Positions 31,112-45,337 of a stretch of DNA of 64,000 nt are shown here, one piece after another. The notes under the pieces are model-generated. The model worked only from the letters and a program-made list of their open reading frames with translations. It was not told where the DNA came from and made no database searches. The stretch is from the human T2T-CHM13v2.0 reference genome, Homo sapiens: assembly GCF_009914755.1 (NCBI RefSeq), contig NC_060927.1, one strand, 5' to 3'. A program made the translations under genes and the position numbers. Position 1 is the first letter of the stretch. Each line of letters starts with the position of its first letter.

Positions 31112-31592
31112 CAGTTGACCTTTGAACAACACAGGTTTGAACTGCACAATTCATTTATACACCATTATTTTCAAGAAATCTCTCCTGCCTCCCTTTCCAC
31201 CTACCTCACTGCTTCTGCCTCTGCCACCTCTGATATAGCAAAACCAACCCTTCCTTTTTCTGCTCCTCCTCATCCTATGCAATGTGAAGATAACAGACGG
31301 GGATAGAGACCTTTATGATGATCCACTTCCCCTTAATAAATACTAAATATATTTTATCTTATGATTTTATTAATAATATTTTTTCTCTAGCTTACTTTAT
31401 TGTAAGAATATAATATATAATACATATAGCAAACAAAAATGTGAAAATTGACTGTTTATGTTATCAGTGAAGCTTTTTGTAAATAGTAGGCTACTACTAG
31501 TTAAGCTTTGGAGGAATCAAACTTTATACATGAATTTTTGACTGTGTGGGGGCTTGTAACCCCTAACCCAAGGGTTGATCAAAGGTCAACTG
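31112..31592 (+). mobile_element. Tigger2a (MER28) non-autonomous DNA transposon
   Basis: TA-flanked; perfect 14-bp TIRs CAGTTGACCTTTGA / TCAAAGGTCAACTG; internal GACCTTTATGATGATCCACTTCC. Confidence 0.93.
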
Positions 31593-33059
31593 TATGTTCT
31601 GTGTTTGAAACACTAAAGGGCAATATGAAATTCTCTGTACAAAAGGAGAAACTAAAGAGTAGAAAGTCCAAGGATTCTTTTTATTTCGCCAGACACCTGA
31701 TTAGAAAGAACAAGCAAACCTTATCTTCAGTGCATTAAAGGAAAGGTCATTGAGCAACTTTTCATTCTCCTTTTTGCATTTTCCTGTGGTACAAGTGTCA
31801 GTTCCAGGCAAGAGCCTATCACTTGTTCTTTTATTTTATTTTTCTCTTTCAAGATTGTTAGAAATCTAAAAATATCATTTTTTCTTCACTGGGTTATTTC
31901 TCAAAAAAAGACACCTTTCTACCCTTTTACTCTTCTACCTTACTTCATATCCTGTGGACATATTTTTGCTATGTGATTTTTTAGTTATAGTTGTTCATTT
32001 GGAAAAGGGTTAATATCAATTCTTGACCCTGTGAAATAGGGGTGAGCTACAAAGCAATGTGCCTTCATATGAGATACAGTAAAGTCAACTGAGGGAAGCC
32101 AAAGAAATTCAATCTTGGGCACTTGAAAAAATCAGCTTGCAAACAACTCTTTACATTATAAATTATTTACACATTTAGATTGCACTGTAATTTATTTACA
32201 TGAAAAAGATTGTTATAAGCTGAGCAGAATCTTTGTCAATTCTCAGTACAATTTCAGAAAACATAGATATAACACACTTTGTACAGAAACATATGTCTCG
32301 GAAAAAATGTTTTTAAAATAATACAATTTTTTTTTAAAAATAAAGAGAAAGAAAAAGGTGAAATTATCAGTATATTAGTATCTAGCAATTTCTCATTACA
32401 TTTATTAAATACACTATGAAACTGAAAAAGTGAGATGAAAAGTATAAAAAGATAAAAATTATTAAGACGCATTTCTCAAGTACTTCTGAGTTTAAGATAA
32501 AATAATATTGCCAAAATGGCCCAGCCACCGGCCTAAAATTGTAATTTAAGCCTATTTTTTTTAGTGTACTCTTCTTATTTATTATTGATGGAACTAAATA
32601 TTAATTTATATATTCTCCACTGTTTCCCCAACATATAATTATGCTTATAAACTTACTTCTGAAATTAATAACATTTATAGTCATAAAAGCAAATGCAAAT
32701 ATATACCCATTTCTATAACATGGTAAATGAGGCAGAATTATAAAAATGTAAATAATTAGTAACCAGTAGTATTTTGGAAGGATGTTTCAGTAAAAATTAT
32801 CACAACACTCAATTTTCACTCAAGGGATTTTTTTTGGCGGGGAATAGACTGAAGAAGATATCTGGCAGAAGGAAAGGAATACGATTTTAGAATAGGGCAT
32901 AGTATAAAAATTCGAGTTCCAAGTGACATAACTAAAAGAAATGGATTTTTAAAACAGTCAGATAAACTAGTGGCAGGCAGTGTAAAATTACATATGGAAG
33001 AAGTAGCAACCTCTAATCTATTGTTTTAGCTTCAAAGGGAAAAAATGAATGGCGGGGGA

Positions 33060-33628
33060 AAGGAAGGTCAGACTCCTACTTGGAGTGCCAGCACCAGCCA
33101 TCAGGAGAACTGAAGTGCTACCTGCTCCTCCCAGGTGGGGGTGGAAGGTTAGCTCCTTGTTCTTTTTACCAATACCACTTGTCTGAGTGCCGCCACCTAT
33201 TTTGCTGGGGAATGGATGGGGTGGAATGTCAGCTCTCTGCTCTTTCTCACTGAAACCATGGGGCAGTTGGGTTCCCTTGGTGTTTGGCTGTAGGCGGCTG
33301 GGTATTTCCAAAATGATTTTCTGTTCTGTTAGGTCACTTCAGGGAACAAGCTTAGCTTGAAATTTATTTTCTTGGCTTTGCCTATTGGAGGTTCTGGGTT
33401 GGAATCTTCTGCAGTACCCTGTCTAGGATATATGAGGGGCAATAAAGAAACCAAAGGACCCACTGTGTCATTCCTTGAGAACCAAGGTTCCTAGACAGTT
33501 TACATTCTCAGCTCCACCTTTCAGAGTCTTTCTATACTTGTTTGTTGTGTTATGTCCAGAGAGTTTTGGTTGGAACAGGAATAACCTAGAAGCAATGTGT
33601 CTACTCCATTTTGACTGAAAATGGAAGT
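33060..33628 (-). mobile_element. Old L1M (L1M4/L1MD-like) 5' UTR fragment
   Basis: GC-richer block ending TCTACTCCATTTTGACTGAAAATGGAAGT (reverse complement of the L1M ACTTCC..AAGATGG start); CTCCACCTTTCAGAGTCTT motif. Confidence 0.65.
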
Positions 33629-34295
33629 ACAAATCATTCCTTGTTATGTTCATCATACTTTAGGTGTTTCCTCTTCCTTTCAAAACTTCCTTTAGAAATG
33701 CAGATTTCCATGCTCATGGGCACTCCATGGTATATATATGGGAGACTCTCATGATAATGATCATTTCAAAGACCTCAGGTCAATTACAGTCTTATTCCTT
33801 CCTACTCTGCCAGTTCTGCGCCAAGTGGCCTGTTCGTACTTGACTCTATTCTGAAATGTCACTGAGAATTTTTGTATTGCTGGTCTCCTTTCACAACTAT
33901 ATCTAATGAATTAATTTCATTATACCAGCAGGTTCTCTATATGAAAATAAGAAAGCTTAACAAAGTGTCTGTGTTGCCAAATGGTCTCAGTATGTGACAG
34001 ATTATGAGAATGCCTAGACTTTGTTTATGAGTTTGCAAATTTTCAATTCATATGGGTCCTTAGGAAATTACTTAAATCTCAATGTAAAATAAAATTACAA
34101 AATTCCATAAAAAATGCAGATTTCCAAACTAACGTTTCCTTTTCTGTGGAAATGAATTTTGAGTATGTGCCTGAGAATGTACAGATATTAGACAAAGCAC
34201 TATCTGTAGTTTAGGATCCATACTCTTTTTTTATTTTCCTCTACAGAGCTATTTTCAAGATTATACAATAATGATTCAGAGAATAAGGAATTTGA

Positions 34296-34641
<346 letters not shown>

Positions 34642-36202
34642 AAGCCCAGAGTTTAAACAAGTCTTGTGGCTTGTGAGATTCCAAATCTGTTTTTTTGTTT
34701 TTATGTTTTTAAATTTCTGCACTTTATTTTCTTTCATGAAAGGAATGATTGCTTTGCATTTCATTGCTGCTAGGTCATGAGTTTTTTAGTGAAGGAGGGA
34801 TCAGTCTCAATCATCTTTTTATGTTTTGTGCTTAACACATACTCAGGATTTAATAGAGTTTGTTTCTTAAATAAGTGCTAATTTGAGACCACTTTAAAAA
34901 ATTAAAAAAAAAAAAAAAGCCAAAATGCTTAGAGATCAAAGAGTACCCCGGAAAGTAATAAAAGAAAGAGAAGTACTTCTTTGTAAAAGGAATTTTTTTC
35001 CATATAAAAAAAGAAACAGAACTTAAAGATTCTTATAAAGAGAATAAAAAAGAGATTTCAAATAAATGTAAAATAGGAGCAACTTAACCTGAGACTAGAA
35101 CATGAAGGGGATTATTAAATCATCTTCTTTCAGCTTTATCTGCAGGGAGTCATCAGTTAAATATGCCAGATGAAGAGTTTGTGATGGAGAACACTTGCTG
35201 GATCAAAACCAAGAATGAAAGGTACACTTACGATTTATGACAGATGTTTATCATGTGATTTTCAATTTAAAGGAGGAAAAAATCCTAAACATATCCAGAT
35301 TGCCAAAAAGTTTTGTTTTTCACATAAACAAATATATCTAGAGATGAAGCAAGGTTCAACATCAAGAGACTTTTTAAAAAACTTTTGTTCAATGGGAGAA
35401 ATATAAGTATACTTGAACTTCTTTTAAAAACTGTTTGCAGCTAAGCAAGAAACAGTGTGAACATTTTTTTGACCTTTCCCCAAATAGAAGATGGAACAAA
35501 ATACTAAAACATTCTTCAAACACAATTTTACCTAAAAATTATTTCATGAAAGAGATGGGAGAAAAATGATGATAAGTATTAGCTCTGAAAAAAAAGTGAA
35601 TATTTGATATCTGCAGATAGCAATTTTCCTTTAGAAAATTTAGTGATGAGCAGTAGGGAGAGAATATCACATAAATGAGATAGCTGCAGAAACTGATGGT
35701 GTCTTTTGATCTTCAGAATATTTAATTTAATTTAGTGAAAATAAAATTGCCCTAAAATTATTTTCATAAATTTTACATATATTTATGAAGTAAATATTTC
35801 CATATTTATTTTTATGTCTGTAGCGTATATATTCTATTTATTACAAATGTATGTATTTGTATAGGGTAAGCATCTTTACTTTTATCTGTAAGCAGGGATC
35901 CTGGCTAGACAAAATATGGTATCTACTTAGGCTGGCTGATATGGAAATTGGTAACACCCCTTTTTACAACTAATTAACTGAAACCTTTGATTAATGTGGA
36001 GCCTGAAACAGTCAGGAGGAGGAAGAATTTATTCATAGATACAACAATGGCTGCTATATAAAGATGAGAGCTGGGAATCAGACTGAGTACACATAGTTTG
36101 AAAGTCAGAATGGAATTAGGTTTCACCTATAGCATGGTAGATACTTGAATCCAATAAAACTCAGCTCTTTGAGCTGGGAGTATGAGTGTTAATTAAAATA
36201 AG

Positions 36203-36238
36203 TTCTGCACATGTAACACAGAACTTAAAGTATAATAA
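36203..36238 (+). mobile_element. ~36-nt L1PA 3'-terminal micro-insertion
   Basis: TTCTGCACATGTAACACAGAACTTAAAGTATAATAA flanked by AAAATAAG repeats (36195-36202, 36239-36246) at a TT/AAAA site. Confidence 0.75.
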
Positions 36239-39200
36239 AAAATAAGGCAGATTTGACTCCGTTTACTTCATTTTTACTGTAATTTATTTTCTACATTTTC
36301 TTCCATCCGTATAATGGTGAAGGTGGCTGAAAACAGCATTCATAGTGTATGCTCACAGCATATTAATTTATTCATTTTGCCAGAACAAAGAGAACCCTAG
36401 TTATTGTACATTTGAAACTATCATTGTTTTAAAAAGAATCATTAGGTACTAAATCATGGAAATTGTTAGAGCTGGAAGTGAATATAGAAACACTATTTGA
36501 TTTTATTTGATATTTTTCAAATTTAACTTCTATTAAATAAATGAGCTACCTAATCAAGGTTTTCTGCCAGTGTAGTTGTATTTATGATTATTCTCAATGT
36601 CATGATAACAATAATCAAATATTCTGCTAAATTTTATGTACATAAAATAGTATTTTCTAAATTAGAAAAAGTATAATTAGAAAAAATGTTCAATTTTAAA
36701 TTTAAAATATATCTTGCTAAAAAGGATTACACAGGCATATTAGATTAATGTTAATTTCTTTTTTTGGAAGTATAGTATAAATATAATATATTTTAAAACT
36801 GAAATATTTATCAGATTTTGGAAATATTTTGAATTTCAATTCCCACTAGTCATTTAGAATAAAAGTGTCAGTGTCCATGAAAAAGGTATCTGTTTAATCT
36901 GCTGAGACTGAAGAATTGCAAAGCTGTACTCCTTTTTAAACGTAGGTGTGCCTATGACACCTTGCAGTGAAGGAAGCTGTACCTATAGCAGATAATTCTA
37001 TTAGGCAAAATGTTTTGATAAAGGCTGTGATTTGATGAAAGTTTCTTATGAAACAGATAAAGGATAACCCACAAAATAATTTGCATTCAAATTCTGTGCA
37101 ACTGAACCATATTTAAATGAATAATTTGTGCTTTCTAATTAATCATGCTCAAAAAGTCTATTCAGCACGTACTGGTGTTCTTTCAACCTGCATGCTTATT
37201 AACGAAATGCAAGAGAGTAAATAAATAAAAATATGATTGTATTGATCTGTTGAATCAAAGAAAATCTAAAGAAGATCAACTGCACTCTATTATTTCCATG
37301 TTGCTCAGATCCATGCCGGGGATTTGTTTGGTTAATGATCAGTTGATATTTTAAGTTCATATTTTAACCTAAACTGAGAGTTTCATATTTAAACCTAAAC
37401 TTTCTTTTTTTTTTTTTTAAGTTCCAGTACAATTAGAATGTTTAGCACTAGCATGAAATTTGACGTTACATTAAATGACAAAAGGATCTTGTTTCCTAAA
37501 AGTCAGGTACTCTAACATGAACGTAGCATGTTCTGGGAGCAGAGTCAAATTTGAGGGATTTGGCATTAATACTTGAAGGTTACCCAGTGTATGCTTTAGC
37601 CATTTCAGCCATTCTCCTGAAGTAATGGCTTACAATTGTTCACCTTAAAGAAATGACACATAAATGTTTTACACTTAATACTGTCTATACAGGAGTTGTA
37701 TTTCAATTGATTGGGTGAACTAAAATAAATTTGAGAAGAATGTTGAAAAGTGAAGAGTTATTCTATCTCTAAAGTTCTTTGAAGCACTAAAATTCCAGAG
37801 TTCTGTGGTAATCCACCTAGGGCACAGAATTCAGGTTTCTGACATTTTAGCTGTGCTTGTCATTATTCATGTCCCGTCAAAAATCTTATAGCTCAGATAA
37901 TCTGATAAATAACAGTGTTGGCAGAAATACAGTGTATTTTTTTAATTCCTTTATTCACTGAGATCATTCTAGAATACACAATAGTTTGGCAATGCAAGTG
38001 ATAAAAACCAGATATGTTGAGCGACCTATTGCTATGGATTAATTTTATCTAGTTTTCCTCCCTAAACTTGGCAGCTACTTTTGACATGTCTTAAGTTACT
38101 CCATCAAGAATAAATAATAATTTGTGGCATATTCAACCACTAAATTTTAATTGACTATACATAACATTGATTCTCATGTCTTTGTGGAATAAACCACGAC
38201 ATACAGATAGAAATTTCTGTGGTGGTGGTTTGGTTTATTTCACACAGGCAGTCCAAAAGAATTGTTTATCTGTTTCAAATTAGAAATTAGATAACCAATT
38301 TTAATCTTTTTAATAATATAGAGATTTAGTATTTTCAAAGATAAACAAATGAAAAAGGAATTAAGTTTGATCCAACACAACAATTTAAGCTAATAATAGA
38401 ATTAAGCAAGCCAATATTATATAGCTAGACAGTAATAAAGGGGGAGTGGTTTAGTGGCTGTAGGAGCTCATGACAAAGTTATCCTCCAAAAATAGAAAAA
38501 AATGAGGAAACAAGAAGAGAAGCAATATAGCAACTACCAACAAAATTAACTGGCTTAGTTTTTTTTTTTTTTTTTGGTATAAAATTGAGGGCTTAGTGAT
38601 ATGTGTGGCTCAGGGGGAGATCAGTCCTGGTGGCATATGGCAATTTGACCAAATCAGACATAGTAGGGCATTCTTGATCATCTTCAAATACGAGGGCATA
38701 TAGAAAATATGGGTAGCTTAATATGCACCCCAAGATCTCATAGATCCACTTAGAAAGGGGAATAAAGCCCAAACTAAAGCTGCCAAAAATTTAACAATAT
38801 CTATAATTTAGGCACAATTTTGGCATATGTTATATGTATATATAGTATTTTCTTTCTTACATTAAACCTATCAAGGTAATTTTGTGGTATGTCTGCTACA
38901 TTTGAGATATTCCAAGGAGTGTTTGAAAAATGTGCATTCTCCAATTATATTTTATGTGGCTGAATAAAAATTTGCATAAGTAGGTATGCTACAAATACTA
39001 CTTTGAAGATTCAGAGGCTGATTGGGAGAAAAATAGCCATTATCTATCTTGTAGTTTAATGGCATAAGCCTTGAAAATTGAGGTCTTAATTTAGCCAACT
39101 TTTCAGCGCTAGTTTCAACACCAAACATCTTCAAAACTACTCTTGTATGTGTATATATACACTAAATTTACATAAACACATCTATATGTATATAGCTAAT

Positions 39201-40159
39201 TTATTTTTCAGAATTTTGTTGTAATCCATGTCTCTGGAGGTTAGGACAAGTGTTTTTAAATGTCACTAATACAAATTTACCACATTCTAAAAATCAGACC
39301 CTAACCAGACCAAAAATCAGGTTGGTTCTGTATACCCTCACTCCCAGGGAAGCTTGGAATAAGTCTGTCTTTGTTTTCAAGTGCATTCTATATTCACAGT
39401 AAGGTTTTCTCCTAAGGTTAACAAACCTGGGAGTGAACTCAGGCAAGCTTTGGTTGAACTCATTCTGAGTATTCAGCAATTTCTTCACAATAACAAGTTG
39501 GAATATGGAAATGTAAGTTATGTGGTTACCTCCGTTAAAATTCCAGTTACTGATTGATTTCAAACCTGGAGACTTCAGTGGAAGATTTGCTCTATGTGTT
39601 TGGACAAATCTTCTCTGAGAAAGACACAATTTAAATCAAATCATTACACATCATGATTGAAACCACTAGTCAGGAAGACTTGTAATGAATGCTATGTGAA
39701 AAAAATGAATATGTGTAGCTGGGTACAACTTCAATGTATTTTTCTCATAGTTCAGATGCAGATATTTTACATTAGGAGGTACAGACTTTGTAAAGCAGTG
39801 ATTGTATTGTTTTGTGTTACATCTGTCATTACATTAGAAAACCATTTGGCAGGTTTAGACATGCTCACAATAAATGGAATAATCTCTTAGTGCTCATGTC
39901 GTACCAACATAGTCACTTGCTTAATGATTAGATTTTTACTTTTTATTTCCTCTAATAGATTCTAAGTAACAGAGGACAGTATGTCTTTGAATTATTCTTA
40001 TTTTTATGTAGGTATTATATAAGAAACATTGGTGATTGAGACAAAATATTTCTTATTTTCTTTGTATTACCAGGTATATAACTTGGTAGACAAAAATTGA
40101 AACAATTTTCACATCAGTAAATTTTAGATTTTTATTTTTGATTTTTCAATGAATGTCTG

Positions 40160-40292
40160 TTTCTGTCTAAAACAATATATCTGAGAGCACAGAATTTAGC
40201 ATCTTTGCTCAGTGTGTGTCTCTAGTGCCCTGCATAGTGCTTAGCACGTAGTAGCTGTTAGCTAAATATTTAATGAGTAAATTGAATAAATA
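40160..40292 (+). mobile_element. L2 3' end
   Basis: TCTCTAGTGCCCTGCATAGTGCTTAGCACGTAGTAG..TAAATATTTAATGAGTAAATTGAAT. Confidence 0.75.
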
Positions 40293-41899
40293 TATCCCCA
40301 TATTTTCTTTATTCATAACTCTGTCAATAAAGAAATGCTATTAAGATGTCTCAATGTAGTTATAGAGCAGATTTTAGCGTTTGACGGTTCTAGAATTAGT
40401 TAACATATATGCTAAGTTGCTATTAAAAAGAAGTTTGAAAATGGTGACTTAGTAAGATAAAGTTTTATTTGTTTTTCATGCAAATGTTCTGGGATGACAG
40501 GGTTTGCTCTTCTTTCAATGTCATTTAGAGACTAAATCTTATCATAGCTGCAATTGATAAACTTTAAAAAGATCAAACATTAGATATTTCATCAAATGTT
40601 TCTTTAAATATATTTGCCAGTGAATAAGTTCTATACAGTATTGGCCTCTCAAAATTTTTATTTAACTTTTGTTTCAAACTTTTAAAAAAGTGTTAAAAGC
40701 AACATTGTTTAAATAAAAAAGCTTTAGCATAGGTCAGTCTTAAAAAATAGATGAACTATAAATAGGATAATTACACTTAATCTGTATATACACACACATA
40801 TAACTTGGTCTACAAAAAAATCTTTGAATAGTATGTTGACAGTGATTACCTCTGGGAATTGGATTTATTTAAGGCTGTTCTTTGAACATTATAGATTTCT
40901 GTAATGTATGAATTTTAAGAAGCTTCAGTATGACTTTGGAAATCTGAAAAATATATTTAAAGAAGATAAAATTTTGAAGCAATAGTCTTTTTATGATAAT
41001 GCATATTTTAAACATGTGTGGCAGAGCAAAGGAATTATGCCAAAAAACAAAAATCTCCAGAGCTTTTGGCATTAAAAATATAACTTCAAAAAGAAATTTA
41101 AGAAATATGAAAATAGTAGTGAAATCATTACTTTTCAGAAAACCAGTGTGTTATTAAAATTTTAAAAGATAGTAAAGTGAAATATGTTATTAACTCTAAG
41201 TTTTTAAATCTCAAAGAATAGTGACCATAAATGTGGAACCTGTTTTGAAACGGCTATAAAAATAATGAAACATTAAATGAAACTATAGCCAAAAATGTGT
41301 CAATTTTTACATACTTGATGCAAAAAAATGATCCCTAACTTCAATCTGAAAAGAATTGTGAAAAGTTCAATTTCATCTATAAGAGAATCAATTTAATCAA
41401 TCTTGACTCTTTGTTTATTCAATATTGCCTTCACAATAATGTTCCATGAAATTCCAAATTATTGCATACTTATTTGACCCAACTAATCATTGCAGGATGT
41501 ACAAAAGATTTATTTTCCTAAAGTTTCTCAAAAAATGTTCAAGTAAATATCATATATGGGAGAGGGAAGAAAAGAGTCTGGCAATAAATATATTGAACAA
41601 AAATTACTAATGATATTAATTGAACCTTAAGAATTCAATTGTATTAGAAAAGTATTTTCTACTTCAGCTGAAAAACACAATATGCTTTATTCATTTGGTT
41701 TAATCAATAAATATTTGCACTTTAGTTGAAGTTTTACACTTTATATTTCAAATTTTACCTAATAAGACTTAAATATTACTTTCAGGGTCTTATCAAGGTG
41801 AGATATATGACTTAGTATGCAAAAAGTTTTTGAGAAATTGCTGTAATGACAATAAAAATGTATATGTTCACTTCTGAATAATATAGCAAAGATTCTGTT

Positions 41900-42095
41900 A
41901 TTATCTTATTTACAAAACATAAAACTAAATTCCTTCACAATGTTTCTTTTAATCCTCATGAACAACCTATAAGTAAAATATCACCATTTTACAGATGAAG
42001 AAACTATTTCAAAGTCCTGTTGCTAGAATAAAGTTGCAATTTGAACCTAAGCAGCAATCTGACTTGACAGTCTAATCACTAAACTACCACATTAT
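41900..42095 (-). mobile_element. MIR SINE
   Basis: TTTAATCCTCATGAACAACCTATAAG..CCATTTTACAGATGAAGAAACT..TTTGAACCTAAGCAG. Confidence 0.8.
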
Positions 42096-42420
42096 AAAGC
42101 TGGTATATATCTGAGTTATTTGTAATATACTAGCACCCTTTCTTCTGGGCCTCCCAAAATTTCAGTAATGAAATGTCTGTAATATGGTTATTTGCATAGT
42201 ATAGACCCTAGAGTCTTCCATTAGCACCTTCCTAATCATATCTACCTCTTTCCCCACTAAACGATTCAATTGCCTGAAATTTGTAATAAGCATTTCTTAT
42301 GTTTCTTTACAGTTTAGTGGTCTAACTATGCCTCCCTAGACATTATCCTTTAGTCTAACACATTTCACTATTTCTTTTTGTTGAGTCTCTACAACCCCCC
42401 ATTCATCCTTTTCTTTTCCT

Positions 42421-43070
42421 ATTTTCATTTTATTTTACTTTTTCAACTTTTATTTTAGAATTGTGCAAGTTTCTAACACAGGTATATTGTGTGATGCTGA
42501 GGTTTGGAGTATGAATGAATCCATCATCCAGGTAGTGAGCACAGTACCCAATAGGTAGTTTTTCAGCCCTTGCCCCATTCCCTCTCTCTTCTCTCTAGTA
42601 GTCTGCAGTTTCTATTGTTCCCGTCTTTATGTCCACGTGTACTCAATGTTTAGCTCCCACTTATAAGTGAATACATGTATATTTTGCTTTCTGTTCTTCC
42701 GTTAATTCACTTTGGATAATGGCCTCCAACAGCATCCACTTTGCTGCAAAGGACATGATTTCATTCTTTACATGGCTGCATAGTATTCCATGGTGTGTAT
42801 GTACTACATTTTCTTGATCCAGTCCACCATTGTTGGGCACCTTGGTTGATTCCATGTCTTTGCTATTGTGAATAGTGCTGTGATGAACACATGCGTGCGT
42901 GTGTCTTTTTTATAGAAAGATTTATTTTCCTTTGGGTATATACCCAGAAATGGGATTCCTGGGTCGAATGGTAGTTCAACTCTTATTCTTTGAGGAATCT
43001 CCAAATTGCCCTCCTCAGTGGCTGGACTAATTTACATTCCCACCAACAGTGTATTAAGTGTTCCCTTTTC
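42421..43070 (-). mobile_element. L1PA15/16-like 3' fragment
   Basis: T-rich tail; AGTACCCAATAGGTAGTTTTTCAGCCCTTGCCCC; ORF 42804-43004 ELPFDPGIPFLGIYPKE; flank repeat CTTTTCCT. Confidence 0.9.
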
Positions 43071-43080
43071 CTTACAATTA

Positions 43081-43449
43081 CAGTCGTATATTGCTAAATG
43101 ACAGTGATGTGTTCTGAAAAATGTGTCGTTAGGTTATTTCATCATTGTGTGGAGCATCATAAAGTGTCCTTACAAAAAACTAGATGGAATATCCCACTAC
43201 ACACCTAAGTATATAGTAGAGCCTTTTGCTCTTAAGCTACAAACTTGTGCAGCATATCATTGCACTGAATACTGTAGGCAAAAATATCATTGTATAAAAC
43301 AAATATCGTTGTATGAAACAATGATATTTTTGTATATAAACATGTCTAAACACAGAAAAAGTACAGTAAAACTACAGCATTATAATATTATGAGACCACA
43401 GTTGTACATGCTGTACATGACTGGAATATCATTCTTTGATGCATGAATG
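43081..43449 (+). mobile_element. Tigger3a (MER7A)
   Basis: TA-flanked CAGTCGT..GCATGAATG; internal CTAGATGGAATATCCCACTACACACCTAAG..CTGAATACTGTAGGCAA. Confidence 0.88.
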
Positions 43450-45337
43450 TAATTTGTTGAAGAACACAGGCTATTTGACTTGCAGAGTTTTCCAAGTTTG
43501 GATTTTAATGGTTTCATGTTTCTATTTCCTCTATATTTCCTGCAAATGGGAGGATTGGTCCAGATTTAAAGTCACTTGGATCTGACAATTTTATTTAGAT
43601 AAAATAGATAATATTTAGATAAAATAGATAATGTTGATAATGTTTTCTTTCATCAGGATTTATGTAATATCTGGTTGTCTCATTGTTATAATGTCAGCAT
43701 CTATTCTTGTTTAATACCTAGATTAATACATTTAGCATGAGTTCAAAAGTTGTGATATTTTAAGTTTATCATTTCTTTTTAAATTATTTTAAAAAGAGAA
43801 TAATTTTAAAAAGAGATTTCATTATCTTTCTGATATTTGGTCACCCAGAGGTACAGTACATCTAGTTCAGACAATGTGAATGTTTTCCCTTTACTTATGA
43901 GTTATCAAGAACAAATAATAAATTTGTTCACCTTAAAAGTGAATAGTCAGGGTGGAGAGGCCAAGATGGCTGATTAGCAGCAGCTGTGGTCGTGGCTGTC
44001 ATGGAGAGGATCCACTGGGAGTGACATGGAGCCAGGGGAGCCCCTAGCCCCAGTCAAGGGGGGCAGTGAGTGATTGTGAGACCCCACCCAGGAAACCATG
44101 CTTTTCTCACAGATCTTTGCAATCCACTGAGACCATGCCACCAGGGCCTTGGGTCCAAAGCACAGAGCTGTGCAGTCTCGGCAGAGTGACAGCTTGGTCA
44201 TGCATGCAGGGAGACTCAGGAGTTCTGCATACTCTGGCCCTGGGAATTCTGGCAAGGTGGGAGAGCTGTCTATGCCTCCCCTGGGATGGAAGCTGAGTCC
44301 AGGGAGCCAAGCAGCATTGTTCTGTGGGCCCCATTCACACAGCATCTCACAAGTTAAGACCCACTGGCTTGGAATTCCAGTCAGACAGTGGCAGCAGGCT
44401 GGAGACTGCCTGAGACAGGCCGAGTTGGAGGGGGCAGGTGGGGCGAGGCAGGGCAGCTGCCATCTCTGCAGTTCCAGTCTATTCTAGTTTGCTGGTTCCT
44501 CCCTAGCAGTCTGGACCAGGAGGAGTTCCCCATAACGCAGCACATCTGCTCTTCCAGATCATGGCCAGTCTGCTTCTTTAAGAGGAACCCCAGTACATCC
44601 CTCCTCGCTGGACAGGGCCTCCCTGTGGGAATGTCAGCAACTCCAGTCAGGGTTATATGGACAGAACTCTGATCTTTGCCTGGGATGGAGTCCCCAGGGG
44701 GAGGTGCAGCTACCTACTCTGTGGTTCAGCTGACGTAGCCTTTCCAGCCTGCTGGCTCTGGAGAGTCCAGGTGATATGAGCAAAGTGGATTACCCCCACA
44801 GCACACCTGCTCTGCCAAAGGGCAGCTAGACTGCCTCCTTAAATAGGTCCCTGATGCCATTCCTCCTGACTGGGTGAGACCTCCCAACAGGGGTCTCCAG
44901 ACACCTCCTGATGCATTCGGGCCAGCATCAGGTTGGTTCCCCCTGGGAGGGAGATCCCTGAGGAAGGAACAGCCTTCCCTGGTGATACTTCCAGATGTAG
45001 GAGGGACTGAGACAACTAGGGTCTGAAGTGGACCCCCAGCAAACCACAACAGCCCTACAGAAGAGTGGCCTGACTGTTAAAAGAAAACAAACAGAAAGCA
45101 ACAACAACAACAACATCAACTAAAAAATTCCCCACAAAAACCCCATTCAAATTTCAGCAACCTGAAAGATTGAAGGCTCACAAAGATGAGAAACAAAAAA
45201 AATGGGAAAATGCTGAAAACTCAAAAAGCCAGGTCCCACTTCTCCTCCAAAAGACCAAAACACCTCTCTGGCAAGGACACAGGACTGGGCAGAGGCTAAG
45301 ATCACTGAATTGACAGAAGCAGACTTCAGAAGGTGGG

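Larger units (their letters stand above)
42200..43934 (-). mobile_element. Old L1M (L1MC4/5- and L1ME-like) 3' host fragments carrying nested insertions
   Basis: TCCTTACAATT|TAATTTGTTGAAGAACACAGGCTATTTGAC..TTTGGATTTT and ATTTGGTCACCCAGAGGTACAG match the reverse-strand L1MC 3' end. Confidence 0.6.

Noticed and set aside
43974-45119. Cluster of overlapping ORFs
   Set aside because: Lies in the GC-rich, stop-poor L1 5' UTR; not recognisable proteins.
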